A DNA stretch of 64,000 nucleotides from Malacoraja senta (taxonomy: Eukaryota): contig JAXLNO010000189.1 of the NCBI GenBank assembly GCA_038087875.1, forward strand, positions 1-64,000. Reading direction: 5' to 3'. The notes beneath the pieces were generated by a model. The model was given only the letters and a program-made list of their open reading frames with translations, was not told the DNA's origin and ran no database searches. A program made the translations under genes and the position numbers. Each line of letters opens with the position of its first letter. The first letter of the stretch is position 1. This document shows positions 38,449-52,166 of the stretch, one piece after another.

Positions 38449-39799
38449 CTGGAAAATATTTTTAAGCAGTTGACAACTTTAAAAACTTTCATCATTTTGT
38501 AACATTCCATTAAATGCTGAGCTGACAAATTGACCAGACAGGTTGAAGTAGGCTTTAGAAATTAGGGTTATTGTTTCAAGCAGTGATCTTCAAAGCCACT
38601 GTTATCACAGTTACAAAAAATGTACATCTTATCTCAGAATCCTGTCCAGTAAGTTTCTTACCACAGATATTAGGCTTACTGGCCTATAGTTCCTAGGTTT
38701 TTCTTAAATAGACGCACAACATTAGCCACCCACCTGTCATCACTAACGATGATTCATATAAGATAGACACAAAAAGCTGGAGTAACTCAGCGGGACAGGC
38801 AGCATCTCTGGAGAGAAGGAATGGGTGATGTTTCGTGTCGAGACCCTTCTTCATGAATCTGTCAGGCTCTTGCAATGTTTTGTCTATCTTCCCACAGGTC
38901 TGGGAGATTTATCTACTTTTATACTTAATGTCTAGCACCTTCTTGACTGTAATATGGACTATCCTCAAGACATCACCATTAAATGTCCTACATTTTCTAG
39001 TCCAATATTATTGGGGAGTTTCCCCGTTTCCTGCTGATTTCTGAGGGACTACATTCTCTCTCTAGTTGCCTTTTTCCCCCATTAATATGCTTATAGATTC
39101 TCCTTAATCTTATCTGCCAGAGCTATCTCATACCCCTTTTTGCCCTCCTGATTTCCTTCTTAAGCATGCTCCTCAATCCAGGGATACACTTGCTCATAGC
39201 TGCCTATACCAGACTCATGCCTCCAATGATCTGAAGAGTGATGCAGAAACTTTGGGCACTTAATTCTACGGAATTTGATTGTTATTTGTTTGTAAGGATA
39301 TATTGGCAATGCCAACACTAATGTCCATCATTAATTGTTGGGTCACGGGACAGCTATAAAGACCACGATTTCCTTGTCAGAGAAATTTAGTGAATCAGTC
39401 AGTTTTATTTTTTATCACAATCCAGTAGTGTTATTATTGTGTCTACCAGAAAATAAATCTACCCACAAAGCCTACTCTGTTGGGCTCATACATGTAGTGG
39501 TCTTTGTTACTCCCTCATAGTTCACATTCTGCAGACCTAAGGAATTATCAACTTAGGACATATAGGACAATGAATAGGACTGGTTTAGAGGGATATGGGC
39601 CAAACTCAGGCAGGTGGGACTAGTGTAAATGGGGCATGTTGGGCAAGTTTGGCCGAAGGGCCTGTTTCCATGCTGTATGACTCTGTTTTGAACCTGTCAA
39701 ACACGCTTAGTTCATCTTTATTGTTTTACCCAGATCATACTTTATATTTATAACTGTGCAATTTTACATTTAAGGTTATAAATCATTTATAACACTTAC

Positions 39800-41179
39800 T
39801 TGAAAAGCATTGAGGATTGTAAATATATAATCAAAAGCAATATGTGAATTCTCTTGAAACGTTGGTATTCCAAATCCCCATGTGAGTCCAAGAATTGGAG
39901 TTAGCACCACAATGCTCCTCACAATTTGTTTAAATGTTTCTTGCTCCTCGCTGTGGCCCCTGGGCCTATCTCCAATTGTTGGTCGTAAGAGCTTAAATAT
40001 GACCACAAACAGAACAACAACGTTGCTTGCAATGATAGCCAGAGCAGGTATAACAAAAGCAAGTATCGGATATTTATCCCTCCAACCGAGCCAACAGGCA
40101 TCTTTTCTTATATAACCATTTCTTGGATATGTAGCTCCGATTGTGATGACCGAGATAATTAGTGGACATAGATAGCCAACACTGAATGAGATTCCCATCA
40201 AGGTTGACTTACTGAAATCATGGAAAATGAAAACCAAGCGAAATATAAGTAGAAGGCCAAGGGTGAACATCCAAAAAAATAAGGCAAGATAGAAAAAATG
40301 AATGAAGAACGTTGCAGCCACACAAGCTCCTGTTTCGGGCACTACAGAGGAAGCCACAATGAACCATATGTCTGCTATCAGCAGGTTTATCGCAATATTC
40401 AGAATTGCAACATGGCGAGTGTGTGATGTTTTGTTCTTGGTCACGTGTTTCCATACTATTGCTTCTATAATAATGGTGATTAGTAAGCTGGCGATTGAAA
40501 TGGCAACTCCAATTTGGGTTATAACGTCCAAAATTTTGTTGTCTTCATTTAAAGGGGACATTAAAATAGAAAACGATGTTAAATGCATACAGGTGCAAGT
40601 GATGTTGCCTCCTTCCTGACTAGTCATACAGCCTTTTTTATTCCATGAGCCTCTTCCAGCAAAATCCCAAAATGCGCATGTGGCAGTGTCAAAATCAAGT
40701 TCAATGTCCCTTGGTGAGAACGTCATATTAATTCTAATTGGTTTGTTAGGGTTTAATGTTACTGTCATAACTAGTCCATTAATTTGGAAGCTTCCCTCAA
40801 AGAGTATTGTATTGCTTAAAATATCAATCCATGTTGGATATGCAATTATGACAACAACATTATCTTCGACGGTTTCAAGTTCGTCACCAGAAATGGAGAT
40901 AGTAGCACTTAAATTATTATAGCGGCTAATGTTAAAATTCTCAAAGGTTATACTAATGGGAGGGTGCTTTTCATCTCGATCAATTTTAGTAGCGAAAAGC
41001 CGAAGATTATTTCGATGAATTGTTACATTGGGTTTTGTCAGATTGAGCCGACTAGTAAACGTCTCCACTGACTGTAATAATTGAGAGCTGGGGTTCGCGT
41101 CATCTGTTGTGTTAGAGAGAATTGTCCATGTGTTTATTGATTCTTCAGAAATCACGGCGTTTACAATTTTCAAAAAGTT
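39800..41179 (-). CDS. ADGRF5: ADGRF5-like large exon: GAIN/GPS plus most of the 7TM
   Basis: 1380 nt open frame; GPS CAFWDF..W...GC...CTCMHL|TSFSILMSP (ADGRF-type Stachel); hydrophobic helices with HFFYLALFFWM, CWL, LTPILGLTWGFG, FTILNAFQ; acceptor tttttcag, donor CAA|gtaagt. Family is certain; exact paralog is tentative. Confidence 0.93.
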
Positions 41180-42984
41180 CTGAAAAACACAATGGAGAGC
41201 TTTATTAATCACACAATGGAATACAATCCACATACATTTTTGTAAAAGAAGATGCAGAAAGATAAAGACTAAAACATAAAGCAATCTAGAATTGTCCTGT
41301 TTATCCACAAAGCCTGTCCACATGCAGTGCCTGAAGCAAGTTAACTAGAACTTTACATAACCAGCCACACTCTACCCTCCAAACAATCACAGAATCTTTC
41401 AGGAGACACTAAATAAAGCTGGTGTCAGTAACGAAAATTAACGTCAGAAAAAAGACCACTCCTGAAAGTTACAGTATGTTTGCTTTGTGTACATTAATTG
41501 GAAATCCCCATATTTGTTTGCACCATGTGATCCTTGCCTCAACCACAAACTTTCACAATTTCCTGATGGAAGCTCCCAGTGAGACAACCCAGGCCAGCAA
41601 CACATTCCAGCTGCTTCGGACATTCCGGGAAAAGAACAGCCTCTGCATTATTCTTGTTGCTCTTTCCTGAACCTTACCCAGAACTATTATACCCTCAGCC
41701 ATGTAAGGGAACCAAACCTATGGAAAGCACCCCAGTCCATTCAAAATCTGTAATCCTTGAGAAGTATTTAATGGTTCTAGAAATACCACTCAATATCCTG
41801 TTTATTTTCCCTATGGATTGACCATGACACTTAAGTGACATAAACATAGATTATTACTTTTTTCCTACCCGTTTCCTGTACTGTATCACTTTAATAAAAG
41901 CTTCATTCTATGTTGGGCCTATAAATATACATTGCATTCTATTTAACCAAAGCAACTGTTTAACCTATTTTCCCATCACAGAGACCATTTCACATAAAAT
42001 TTAATTCTAAACCTTGTTACCATGACTATAAAAATTACAATCAAGGCAATTCACCAGCACAAATATTAGCCACAGCATCCAACACCATTCCCTAAGCAAC
42101 AGAGCTAGTGATTTATACAATGCTGATTATTGACTGGAGCCAATTCTCAATCCAAGGCATAACATTTTCACGGATTTAAGGTAGACATTGCAGGTAGCAC
42201 CCTATAGCAAGAGGAAACATTATAGAAATGATTAGTCTTGCAGAGCTGGTTGGATAGGAGGCAAAGACAACCCCACCATCTATGGAAACAGCAAATCTTA
42301 TGCAGAAGGACACAAGAAGCTGGGAGAAGGTTGGTCACTTCTGCCTCTCAAACCTGCCCTGCCATTCAATGCGAGCGTGGCTGATCTGCCAAAGTCTTCC
42401 TCTCCTTTACCATGCCAATTCCACATAGCCCCCAATTCCTTGTTCTCTCAAAGGTTTATCTGCTTCATCTTTAAACTCCCCCAATAAACAACTGTCCACA
42501 AATCTCCAGAGTTGAGAATTCCAGAGATTCTTAGGCAAACAATTTATTCAATCTTCGATTTAAACCAGCATCTGCAGTTCTTTCCTACATAATTTATTCA
42601 CGGCTCTGCTCAGATTGTCATCACAGAGATATTATCATCACTGTGGTACAATGACCTTCAACCACACTCAGCTGCCTGGGCTGTTCACTTCTGATTCCAA
42701 ATGCTCCCCTCCATCGTATTGTTCCAAACAGCTTCTCCTTTTCTCTGCCTGGTCTCTCAGTCTGTCGCTCAGTACTGCATCGAACCATGCTCATATAGAG
42801 ATGACTTCATCCACTTTGATTTCAGTGAGGAGCAAGGGCACCATGAGCAATAGGATACTGCCGGCTTCTCACAAGTGCTTGCAGTCATTGAATACACTCA
42901 CATCCCCAATATGTGCTAGTTTATGGGGAACTGGCAAAAGAGAGGTTAAGATTAGCATAGATTTACATAGATCACCCAGGATCA

Positions 42985-43360
42985 GGAGGATGAGGGGTGA
43001 TCTTATAGAGGACTACAAAATCATGAGAGGAATAGATCGGATAGAAGCACAGAGCAGGGGAAATCGAGAACCAGAGGACATAGGTTTAACGTGAGGGGGG
43101 AAAGATTTAATAGGAACCCAAGGGGTAACTCTTTCACACAAAGCGTGGTAGATGCTTGGAATAAGCTGCCATAGTTGAGGCAGATACTATCGCAACGTTT
43201 AAGAAACATTTAGACAAGTACATGGATAGGGCAGGTTTAGAGGGATAATGGATAGAGGGATAAGGGCCAAATGCAGGCAGGTGGGACTAGTGTAGATGGG
43301 CCATGTTGGCCAGTGTGGGCAAGTTAGGCCAAATGGCCATTTCATGCTGCAAGACTATCA
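42985..43360 (+). mobile_element. CR1 LINE 3' fragment
   Basis: RRMRGDLIEDYKIMRGIDR and CR1 3' UTR. Confidence 0.8.
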
Positions 43361-43467
43361 TGTTGAAAGGCAAACTTGAGCAGCCTGATGGGCTTATTCC
43401 TGCTCCTGTTTGCTTGTGTTCTTGTGCATGCTATACATTACATGACTGCAGTGGGTTCCAGAAGTAA

Positions 43468-43633
43468 AGGGCCTGTCTCACTTGGGCGTCATGTGCACAT
43501 CATGCTACGCCACCACGTCTCACCACACGCCATGCGCGCGTAATGCATGCATCACGACGGCGTGTCGTGCGTCGTGACGGGTAAATGATGTAGCGTAAAT
43601 GATGCGCAAAAAACGCCCAGTGGGACAAGCCCT
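43468..43633. mobile_element. Short Harbinger-type MITE
   Basis: TIRs agggcctgtctcact / agtgggacaagccct; flanks TAA/TAC. Confidence 0.75.
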
Positions 43634-44352
43634 TACAGCACACAAAACAAACCCTGAGGTGCATGAGGAATAGGCAGAGGAGCAGGAGGATGTGGGGACA
43701 ACAAGAGAGAAGATCCAACAGAGCACAGGAGGGAGGCAATGGCTGCACAGGCAATAAAGAGTCCCTGACAGGGAAAGTCTTAGCAAACAGGCTTACAAAC
43801 CCATAATCCACACGGGCATTCATTAGCTTAAACACCAACAGAGTTCATCAACTGTGTTTGTGGTCCTCCAAGATCACTCTGTACAGGACCTCCCACCTGA
43901 TACTTATCTCACTGATGAGGTCCAGGTCTCCCTCCCTAAATCTAAGACTGCTTCTCTCTCCACTGAGCCTCTGTCCTCTCCAAGTTAGCCAATGTGATGT
44001 TGCTGCTTTATGTGCCTTTAAATCCTGATATCCTTCATCGACTCCTGCACAAAAGTGGTTAAATTATCAGAGACATATAGTGTATGGCTTTGGTGGAAAG
44101 CACAGCTCTCTTTTCCTTTTTTTTATTTGCAAGTGATTTGAAGTACTAGATTAGTACGAGCCCAAATCCAGATCCTTGTATCAAGGACTTGTAGAGTTGA
44201 GCAGGTTACTGAGGTGAAAGATTATCTGGTTCATGAGTTGTTACAGAGTCAACAAACTGTGCACTTGCTGTTCATTGCTAAACAATTCTATATGAAGAAG
44301 ACATGGTGCAGAAAAGAAATCAGCATTTTCCTTGGCAGATGCATATTCTTAC

Positions 44353-44517
44353 CTCCAAATCGTTTTCAGCAACAATTATATTGGTTCCCGAAAATGTTGT
44401 CAGTATTTCTATAACAGCTTGTACATTTCCAGGTTCGGTGATGCTTTCATTATTTGAGACAGCAGATAATTCCTGAAGAAGACTGGAAAAGTTCGCTGCC
44501 ACTTCACTGGAGTTTAA
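44353..44517 (-). CDS. ADGRF5: ADGRF5-like exon (start of GAIN helical subdomain)
   Basis: Acceptor ttcatttctcag, donor GAG|gtaaga; 165 nt, phase 0/0; LNSSEVAANFSSLLQEL...PGNVQAVIEIL...NDLE. Confidence 0.85.
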
Positions 44518-44722
44518 CTGAGAAATGAAAGCAGAAAGAAGGATATATAAAGTTGCTGGACTGGGAAAGATAAGCAGGTAAATGTTCCTTGTGTGGCTCA
44601 CTGATGAGTCCCGATCTATTTGCTGCCCAGTCCCAAACCACCATACCTTCCCTCCATTCCCATCAAACCAATTCCAATGGATAGATAAGATCCTGGAAAA
44701 AGCAACTCACCTTTAGAGGCTA

Positions 44723-46455
44723 CTAGACCAAGTTCCCCCAACGCAATATTCCACCACTCACCCATAGCCCCCAACTGCGCAGGCGCGGTTGACGGGTTCC
44801 CGTTGTGACGCCAGAGATACCCGTTGTGACTCGAGTCATGGCAACCCTCCCCAACTGTGCCTTGCCATCCCTCTTCCTACCCCTATCCTCCTCCATTCCC
44901 CCTCATCCCTAGCACTCACTCCCCCTCCTCTTCACCCTCCCTCTTCTTTTCCCTCTCCTCCTCCCGTCTCCCACTCCCTCACCTCTCCCTTCCTCTCCTT
45001 TCGCTTACCCTCAGTCACTCCCTCTCTCCCTACGTAACCCCTCTCCCTTCCCTACACCCTCCTTCCTCTATCTCCCTGCTCCTCACCTCCCCCATCTCAC
45101 TCCCCCACTCCCCCTCCTCACCTCCCCCACTGCCTTCCTCTCCCTCTATCCCACACTACCTACCTCCCCCACTTCTCCCTCTATCCCCCCTCCCCCTCCT
45201 CACCTCCCCCACTCCCCCTCCTGTCCCTCTATCCCTCCTCCCCCACTCTCCGTCCTCACCTCCCCCACTTTCCCCTCCCTCCCCCCCTCCTCCTCCTCAC
45301 CTCCCCCCACAGTGAAAATCACATTGTAAATGAAACCTCCCCCAAGAATTTGATTAAAACAGACTTGTTTTTTTTAATTAGCAATTTTTTATGTAAATGA
45401 GATTTGGGATCCCATTGTGACATCATAAGATACAAACTGGCAGTGCAAGTAGAAGTGATTTTCGTCAAAGTGGTTTTTGTAAAGTTTAAAATGTGAATAA
45501 CATAAAATATACCATCATTCTGAACGAAACTTGCCACATCACACCACAGACAATGGTGAGTACAGTGGGCCAAAAATTGTAGCACTATCGTGCACCGTTT
45601 TGGCGTAGTTTTGGGATCACACTCACACACACTCATACAAACCAACAAGATGAGAGTTTTAGTAACATACAAGTGGGACCCGTTGGGTCTCGTCCCCTCA
45701 ACGCACGGTTGTGGAGGGAGGGAGCGGCCTGCTGCATCACATACACACTAACCAACCCCACACACACACACACACAATAACCACCCCCACACACATGGGG
45801 GGAGGGAGGGTGAGAGGGGGGGATGAGGGGTGAGTGGGGGGTGAGAGGGGGAGGGGGAAATGGAGTGGGAGAAAGGGAGGGAGAAAGGGAGAGGGAGAAA
45901 GGGAGAGGGAAAGGGAGAGGGAAAGGGAAAGGGAGGGGGCGTAAAGGGGGGCAGGGGGAGGGGGAGAGGGAATAGAGTGGAGAGAGGAGGGGGAGAGAGG
46001 AGGGGGGAGAGAGGGGGAGGGAGGAGGGGAGGGGGAGGGGGAGGAGAGGGAAGGGGGAGAGGGAGGGAGAGGGGGGAGAGAGGAGGTGGGGGAGAGGAGG
46101 AGGGGAGCCGGGCGGCGAGCAGGCTGTGGTCACAGAGGAGGGCTGATTCGCGAACGCTCCCATTGGCGGCTGCAGGCTTCAGGCTGCAGGCTTCATTCAG
46201 GCTGCAGGCTTCATTCAGGCTTCAGTGCCGGAGTACGGGGGGCGGGGAGTGGTCGGGGGGAAGGGGGGGAAGAATAGGAGGAGGGGGAGAGGAGGAAGGG
46301 AGCGGGGAGTGGGCAGCGGGGAGCGGGCCGCGCGTCAACCGAAGGACTTCAGCGGATTCAATCCAGAGCCGGTGGGGGGGGTAGAGGGGTCGGAGGGTGA
46401 CCACTCGCAGCGGTGGAATATAGCGTGAGCAGAGCCATTGTGACGTGCCCATCTC
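44723..46455 (-). mobile_element. Two tandem non-autonomous Helitron-like units with low-complexity interiors
   Basis: CTAG|T end at 44722-44726; subterminal hairpin gggacccgttgggtctc at 45675-45691; 5'-type end ...ttactaaaactctcatcttg at about 45646-45670; C-rich 44860-45310 and G-rich 45795-46105 tracts. Confidence 0.5.
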
Positions 46456-46919
46456 GATAAAGCTTTTCAGGTAAGATGATTTTGGACTCCACCATGCTCT
46501 GATGCTCCAATATCTTTTTTACTGTCAACAGTGAATCCACACTCACTCTTAAGGCTAGCAACTCGCTACAAAGACTGATGTCTTTCTGCAAAACAGAAAA
46601 GCTTTTTGCTATCTCTCTAATCCTACAGTCAATAGCTTCCTGTGTGCATTGACATTTTGTAACTTTTGCCAATTTACTGTTAAGTACTATTTCAGTGCAA
46701 AATAGCAAGGTCCTTCTTGGTGACAGTTCTTTGTGGTGCGCTGATAGATGGATGAATGATGATGCGCACAATAAAGTGCCTGGAGAATGCCGACAGCTGG
46801 CAAGCATACATTTTGCCAGCTGTTGATGCTCTCATGGAGTGGCTCTGGCTTCCAAAAAATGCTCCAAGTCAATTAAGCAGTTAGAAAAAATATGTTGTTA
46901 AATATCTTTAATCAGTAGT

Positions 46920-47515
46920 AAAGAAGACAAATGCAATGCTAGCATTTATTTCAAGAGGACTAGAATATAAAAAACAGGGATGTACTGCTGTGGCAGTCAG
47001 GCTTCATTTGGAGTATTGAGCAGTTTTGGGCCCCCATAACCGAGGAAGGATGAGCTGCCATTGTAAAGGGCCCAGAAGAGGTTTACGCAAATGATATCAG
47101 GAATGATTGGGTTAACATATGATGAGCTTTTTAAGGCACTGGGCCTGTAATCACTGGAGTTTAGAAGAATTAGGGGGGGACCTCATTGAAACTTAACGAT
47201 ATTTCCACTAGTGTCTACGACCAGAGACCATAACCTCAGAATAAAGGGTAGTGCTTTTTGATTGGAGATGAGGAGGACATTCTTTTGTTGGAGGGTGATG
47301 AATCTGTGGAATTCATTGCCACAGTCAGCTCTGGAGGCCGTCAATGGATATTTTTAACCCTGTGTTTGGCAGATTTAGATTAGCAAGGGTGTCAGGGGCT
47401 ATGGGGAACAGGCAGGAGAATGGGGTTGAGAGGGAAAGATAGATCAGCCATGACCGAATGACAGAGTAGACTTGATGGGCCGAATGGCCTGATTCTGTTC
47501 TGATAACTTATGAAA
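46920..47515 (+). mobile_element. CR1 LINE 3' fragment
   Basis: Degenerate CR1 ORF2 end and 3' UTR. Confidence 0.75.
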
Positions 47516-48854
47516 CATTAAATTACTAAGAAATAATTGAAAACACTTTTATAGTTAAAAATCTTAAAAGAAACTTGATTCATTATAAAAACTAAATTCC
47601 ATTAAACCTATACGTTCTCCTTGCAGCTAAATGTGCTGTTCTGGTGCCAGGTCTATGTGTAGCAGGCTCAGCAGTCAGAATGCCCACCAGCAACTTCATG
47701 CTCTGCTGCTGGTCTGGATGAATGTGTCCAATGTGAGGGGCAAATAGGTTAAATTTCTCTCGCCATCCAGGCTTCATTACTCCTGACGGCCTAGCTTACA
47801 AATAACCTACTCCAATCAACTTTTGCAAGTTTCTGCCTATCATCAAAGTTGGCCTTGTTCCAATTCAGAACATTAACTCGTGGACCAGAATTGTCATAGA
47901 GTCATAGAGTGATACAGTGTGGAAACAGGCCCTTCGGCCCAACTCGCCCACACCAGCCAACAATGTCCCAGTTACACCAGTCCCACTTGCATGCGCTTGG
48001 TCCCTATCCCTCCAAACCTGTCCTATCCATGTACCCGTCTACCTGTTTCTTAAATGATGAGATAATCTCAGCCTCAACTATCTCCTCTGGCAACTTGTTC
48101 TATACAACCACTAGCCTTTGTGCGAAAAAGTTACCCTCGGATTCCTATTAAATCTTTTCCCCTTCACCTTGAACCTATGTCCTCTGGTCCTCGATTTCCC
48201 TACTCTGGGCAAAAGACTCTGTGCATCTACCCGATCTATTTCTCTCATGATTTTGAACACCACTATAAGGTCTCCCCTCATCCTCCGGTGCTCCATGGAA
48301 TAGAGACCCAGCCTACTCAACCTCTCCCTATAGTTCACATCCTCTAGTCCTGGCAACATCCTCGTTAATCCATTCCTCTATTCTGAACCCTTTCAAGTTT
48401 GACAATATCTTTTCTATAACATGGTGCCCAGAACTGAACATAATCTTCTAAATGCAGTCTTACACAACTGCAACATGACCTCCCAAGTTCTTTACTCAAT
48501 ACTGACTGATGAAGGCCAAAGTGCCAAAAGCCTTTTTGACCACCTTATCAACCTGCAACTCAACCTTCAAGGAACCATGTACTTGTACTTCTAGATCTCT
48601 CTGCTCTGCCACACCGCCCAGAGGCCTACCATTTACTGTGTAGGTCCTGCCTTTGTTCGACCTCCCAAAATGAAACACCTCACACTTCTCTGTATTAAAT
48701 TCCATCAACCATTCCTCCGCCCACATGGCCAATCCATCCAGATCCTGCTGCAATCGTTCACAACCTGCAATCTTCACTATCTGCAAAACAACTAACTTTT
48801 GTATCATCAGAAAACTTGCTAATATTGGCCTGTATGTTCTCATCCAAATCATTG

Positions 48855-50660
48855 AAACATAGAAACATAGAAAATAGGTACAGGATTAGGCCATTCAGCT
48901 CTTTGAGCCTGCACCGCCATTCAATATGATCATGGCTGATCATCCAACTCAGTATCCTGTACCTGCCTTCTCTCCATAACCCCTGATCCCTTTAGCCACA
49001 AGGGCCACATCAACTCCCTCTTAACTATAACCAATGAACTGGCCTCAACTACTTTCTGTGGCAGAGATTTTCTCATCTCGGTCCTAAAAGACTTCCCCCT
49101 TATCCTTAAACTGTGACCCCTTGTTCTGGACTTCCGCAACATCGGGAATAATCTTCCTGCATCTAGCCTGTCCAACCCCTTAAGAATTTTGTATGTTTCT
49201 ATAAGATCCACCCTCAATCTTCTAAATTCTAGTGAGTCTATCCAGTCTTTCTTCATATGAAAGTCCTGCCATCCCAGGAAACAGTCTGGTGAACCTTCTC
49301 TGTACTCCCTCTATGGCAAGAATGTCTTTCCTCAGAATAGGAGACCAAAACTGTACGCAATACTCCAGGTGTGGTCTCACCAAGACCCTGTACAACTGCA
49401 GTAGAACCTCCCTGCTCTTATACTCAAATCCTTTTGCTATGAATGCTAACATACCATTCGCTTTCTTCACTGCCTGCTGCACCTGCATACCTACTTTCAA
49501 TGACTGGTGTACCATGACACCCAGGTCTCGTTGCATCTCCCCTTTTCCTAATCGGCCACCATTCAGATAATAGTCTACTTTCCTATTTTTGCCACCAAAG
49601 TGGATAACCTCACATTTATCCACATTATACTGCATCTGCCATGCATTTGCCCACTCACGCAACCTATCCAACTCACCTTGCAGCCTCGTAGCATCCTCCT
49701 CACAGCTAACACTGCCCCCCAGCTTCGTGTCATCCGCAAACATGGAGATGTTGCATTCAATTCCATGATCCAGCTCATTAATATATATTGTAAATAGCTG
49801 GGGTCCCAGCACTGAGCCTTGCGGTACCCCACTAGTCACTGCCTGCCATTCTGAAAAGGACCCGTTTACTCCTACTCTTTGCTTCCTGTCTGCCAGCCAG
49901 TTCTCTATCCACATCAATACTGAACCCCCAATACCGTGTGCTTTAAGTTTGCATACTAATCTCTTATGTGGGACTTTGTCGAAAGCCTTCTGAAAGTCCA
50001 GATATAACACATCCACTGGTTCTCCCTTATCCACTCTACTAGTTACATCCTCGAAAAATTCTATAAGATTCGTCAGACATGATTTACCTTTCATAAATCC
50101 ATGCTGACTTCGTCCAATGAATTCACCACTTTCCAAATGTGCTGCTATCCCATTTTTAATAACTGACTCTAGCATTTTCCCCACTACCGATGTTAGACTA
50201 ACTGGTCTGTAATTCCCCATTTTCTCTCTCCCTCCCTTTTTAAAAAGTGGGGTTGCATTAGCTACCCTCCAATCCTCAGGAACTACTCCAGAATCTAAAG
50301 AGTTTTGAAAAATTATCACTAATGCATCCACTATTTCTGGGGCTACTTCCTTAAGTATTCTGGGATGCAACTTATCTGGCCCTGGGGATTTAGCGGCCTT
50401 TAATCCATTCAATTTACCTAACACCACTTCCCGGCTAACCTGGATTTCACTCAGTTCCTCCATCTCATTTGACCCCCGGTCCCCTGCTATTTCCGGCAGA
50501 TTATTTATGTCTTCCTTAGTGAAGACAGAACCAAAGTAATTATTCAATTGGTCTGCCATGTCCTTGTTCCCCATGATCAATTCGCCTGCTTCTGACTGCA
50601 AGGGACCTACATTTGTTTTAAACAATCTCTTTCTCTTCACATATCTATAAAAACTGCATT
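48855..50660 (-). mobile_element. Younger CR1 (5' truncated) with open RT domain, nested in older CR1
   Basis: NYRPVSLT, QHGF, YLDFQKAFDKV, GVPQGSVLGP, FADDTKL uninterrupted; (ctatgttt)n tail; host sequence ccaaatcattg|atgcagatgac rejoins across it. Confidence 0.92.
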
Positions 50661-51509
50661 TGTTTGATGCAGATGACAAACAGTAATGGGCCCAGCACCA
50701 AACCCTGAGGCACACCACTAGTCACAGGCATCCAGTCTGACAAGCAACCTTCCACCATCACCCTCTGCATCCTTCCATGGAGCTAATTTGCTATCCATTC
50801 AGCTATCTCTCCTTGGATCCCATGCGGTCTAACCTTCCAGAGCAATCTGTCCTTGTGGACTTTTGCTGTCCTTATCCATAACTATTTTAATGTTCATAGT
50901 ACTGTGGCCATTGGTCACCCACAAACATTTCAGTCACTTGCCCTTCCCAATTTACTGGAAACTAAATCAGCTTTGCCCTTCCCCTTGTAGGACCATTTAC
51001 ATGTTGGATAAGTAAACTTTCCTGAACACATTTTACAAATTCCAATCTGTCCAAGACCTTGACTCTATGGCGGTCCCAGTCTATATTGGAAAGTTGAATC
51101 GGCACTAAGATAAACCCATTAGTGTTCTATTAATGTTGCAACCACTTGCAACATCTCCTGGCATATTTTCTCTTCTAATTCCCATTGAGTAATTGCAGCC
51201 CTGTAACATACTGCAGCAAGGGTATCATGCTCTTTTCATTTTTCATCTCCAGCCATCTACCTACACTGGACAAACCATCAGTAAAATTATCTCAGACAAT
51301 TGCCGTGACGTTCTCCTTAAAGTAATTCCCTCTCCACTGTTACCTCCACCTTCACTGTATTTGACCTGCGAGACCTGTACCATGGTATGTTAAGCTGTCC
51401 TTCCCTTAGCCAGGTTTCCATATTGACTAAAGTGCCCCAGTTGCACGTACCTTTCCACACCCTGGATTCATCTATCTTACCCGTCAAGCCTCTCGCATTG
51501 TAATAAATG

Positions 51510-51790
51510 ATTTGTGAATTAAGGGACAGAAGTTTAGGGGTAACATGAGGGGAACCTCTTTACTCAGAGAGTGGTAGCTGTGTGGAATGAGCTTCCAGTG
51601 GAAGTGCTGGAGGCAGGTTCGATTTTATCATTTAAAAATAAATTGGATAGGTATATGGACGGGAAAGGAATGGAGGGTTATGGTCTGAGTCCAGGTAGAT
51701 GGGACTAGGGGAGAATAAGTGTTCGGCATGAGTGGGGCCGAGATGGCCTGTTTCCGTGCTGTAATTGTTATATGGTTATATGGTTATAAA
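51510..51790 (+). mobile_element. CR1 3' fragment
   Basis: CR1-type 3' UTR with (tatggtta)n tail. Confidence 0.7.
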
Positions 51791-52166
51791 TGCAATTTAA
51801 TCGGACAGTCCTTTCTCACTCCCTGCTGTGCTCCTGCCCATCTTGACAACTGAACTTGCTTTCATCGACTTCCAACTTCTCGCCTGCCTCCCTCCTGAAC
51901 TGGATTCCATCCCATGCAAATCTAGTTTAAACCAACCCAAGTAGCACTATCTACCCAGCCTGCCAGGAAATTGGCTCCCTTCCAATTCAAGTAAAAACAA
52001 TTCCTCTTATGCAGGTCACCTCTGCCCCAGATTCAAATATCTGAATCCCTGCCCCCTGCACCAACTCCTCAGCCACCTGTCCTATCTTCCTGTTTCCGAC
52101 CCTCACTAACACGTGGCATTGGAGCTATCCGGAGTTTTACCCTCAAGGTCCTACTTTTTAGCCTAA

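Noticed and set aside
39776..41323. 515-aa ORF as a complete single-exon GPCR
   Set aside because: The first 48 and last 7 residues are intronic read-through; splice sites delimit 39800-41179 and TM7 is completed by the next exon.
44789..46452. Pro-rich and Gly/Arg-rich ORFs
   Set aside because: Artefacts of C-rich and G-rich low-complexity tracts.
49222..50718. Domesticated reverse transcriptase gene (498 aa)
   Set aside because: N-terminus is borrowed out of frame from the older host CR1; the element is 5' truncated, lacks the endonuclease and ends in an ordinary CR1 tail.
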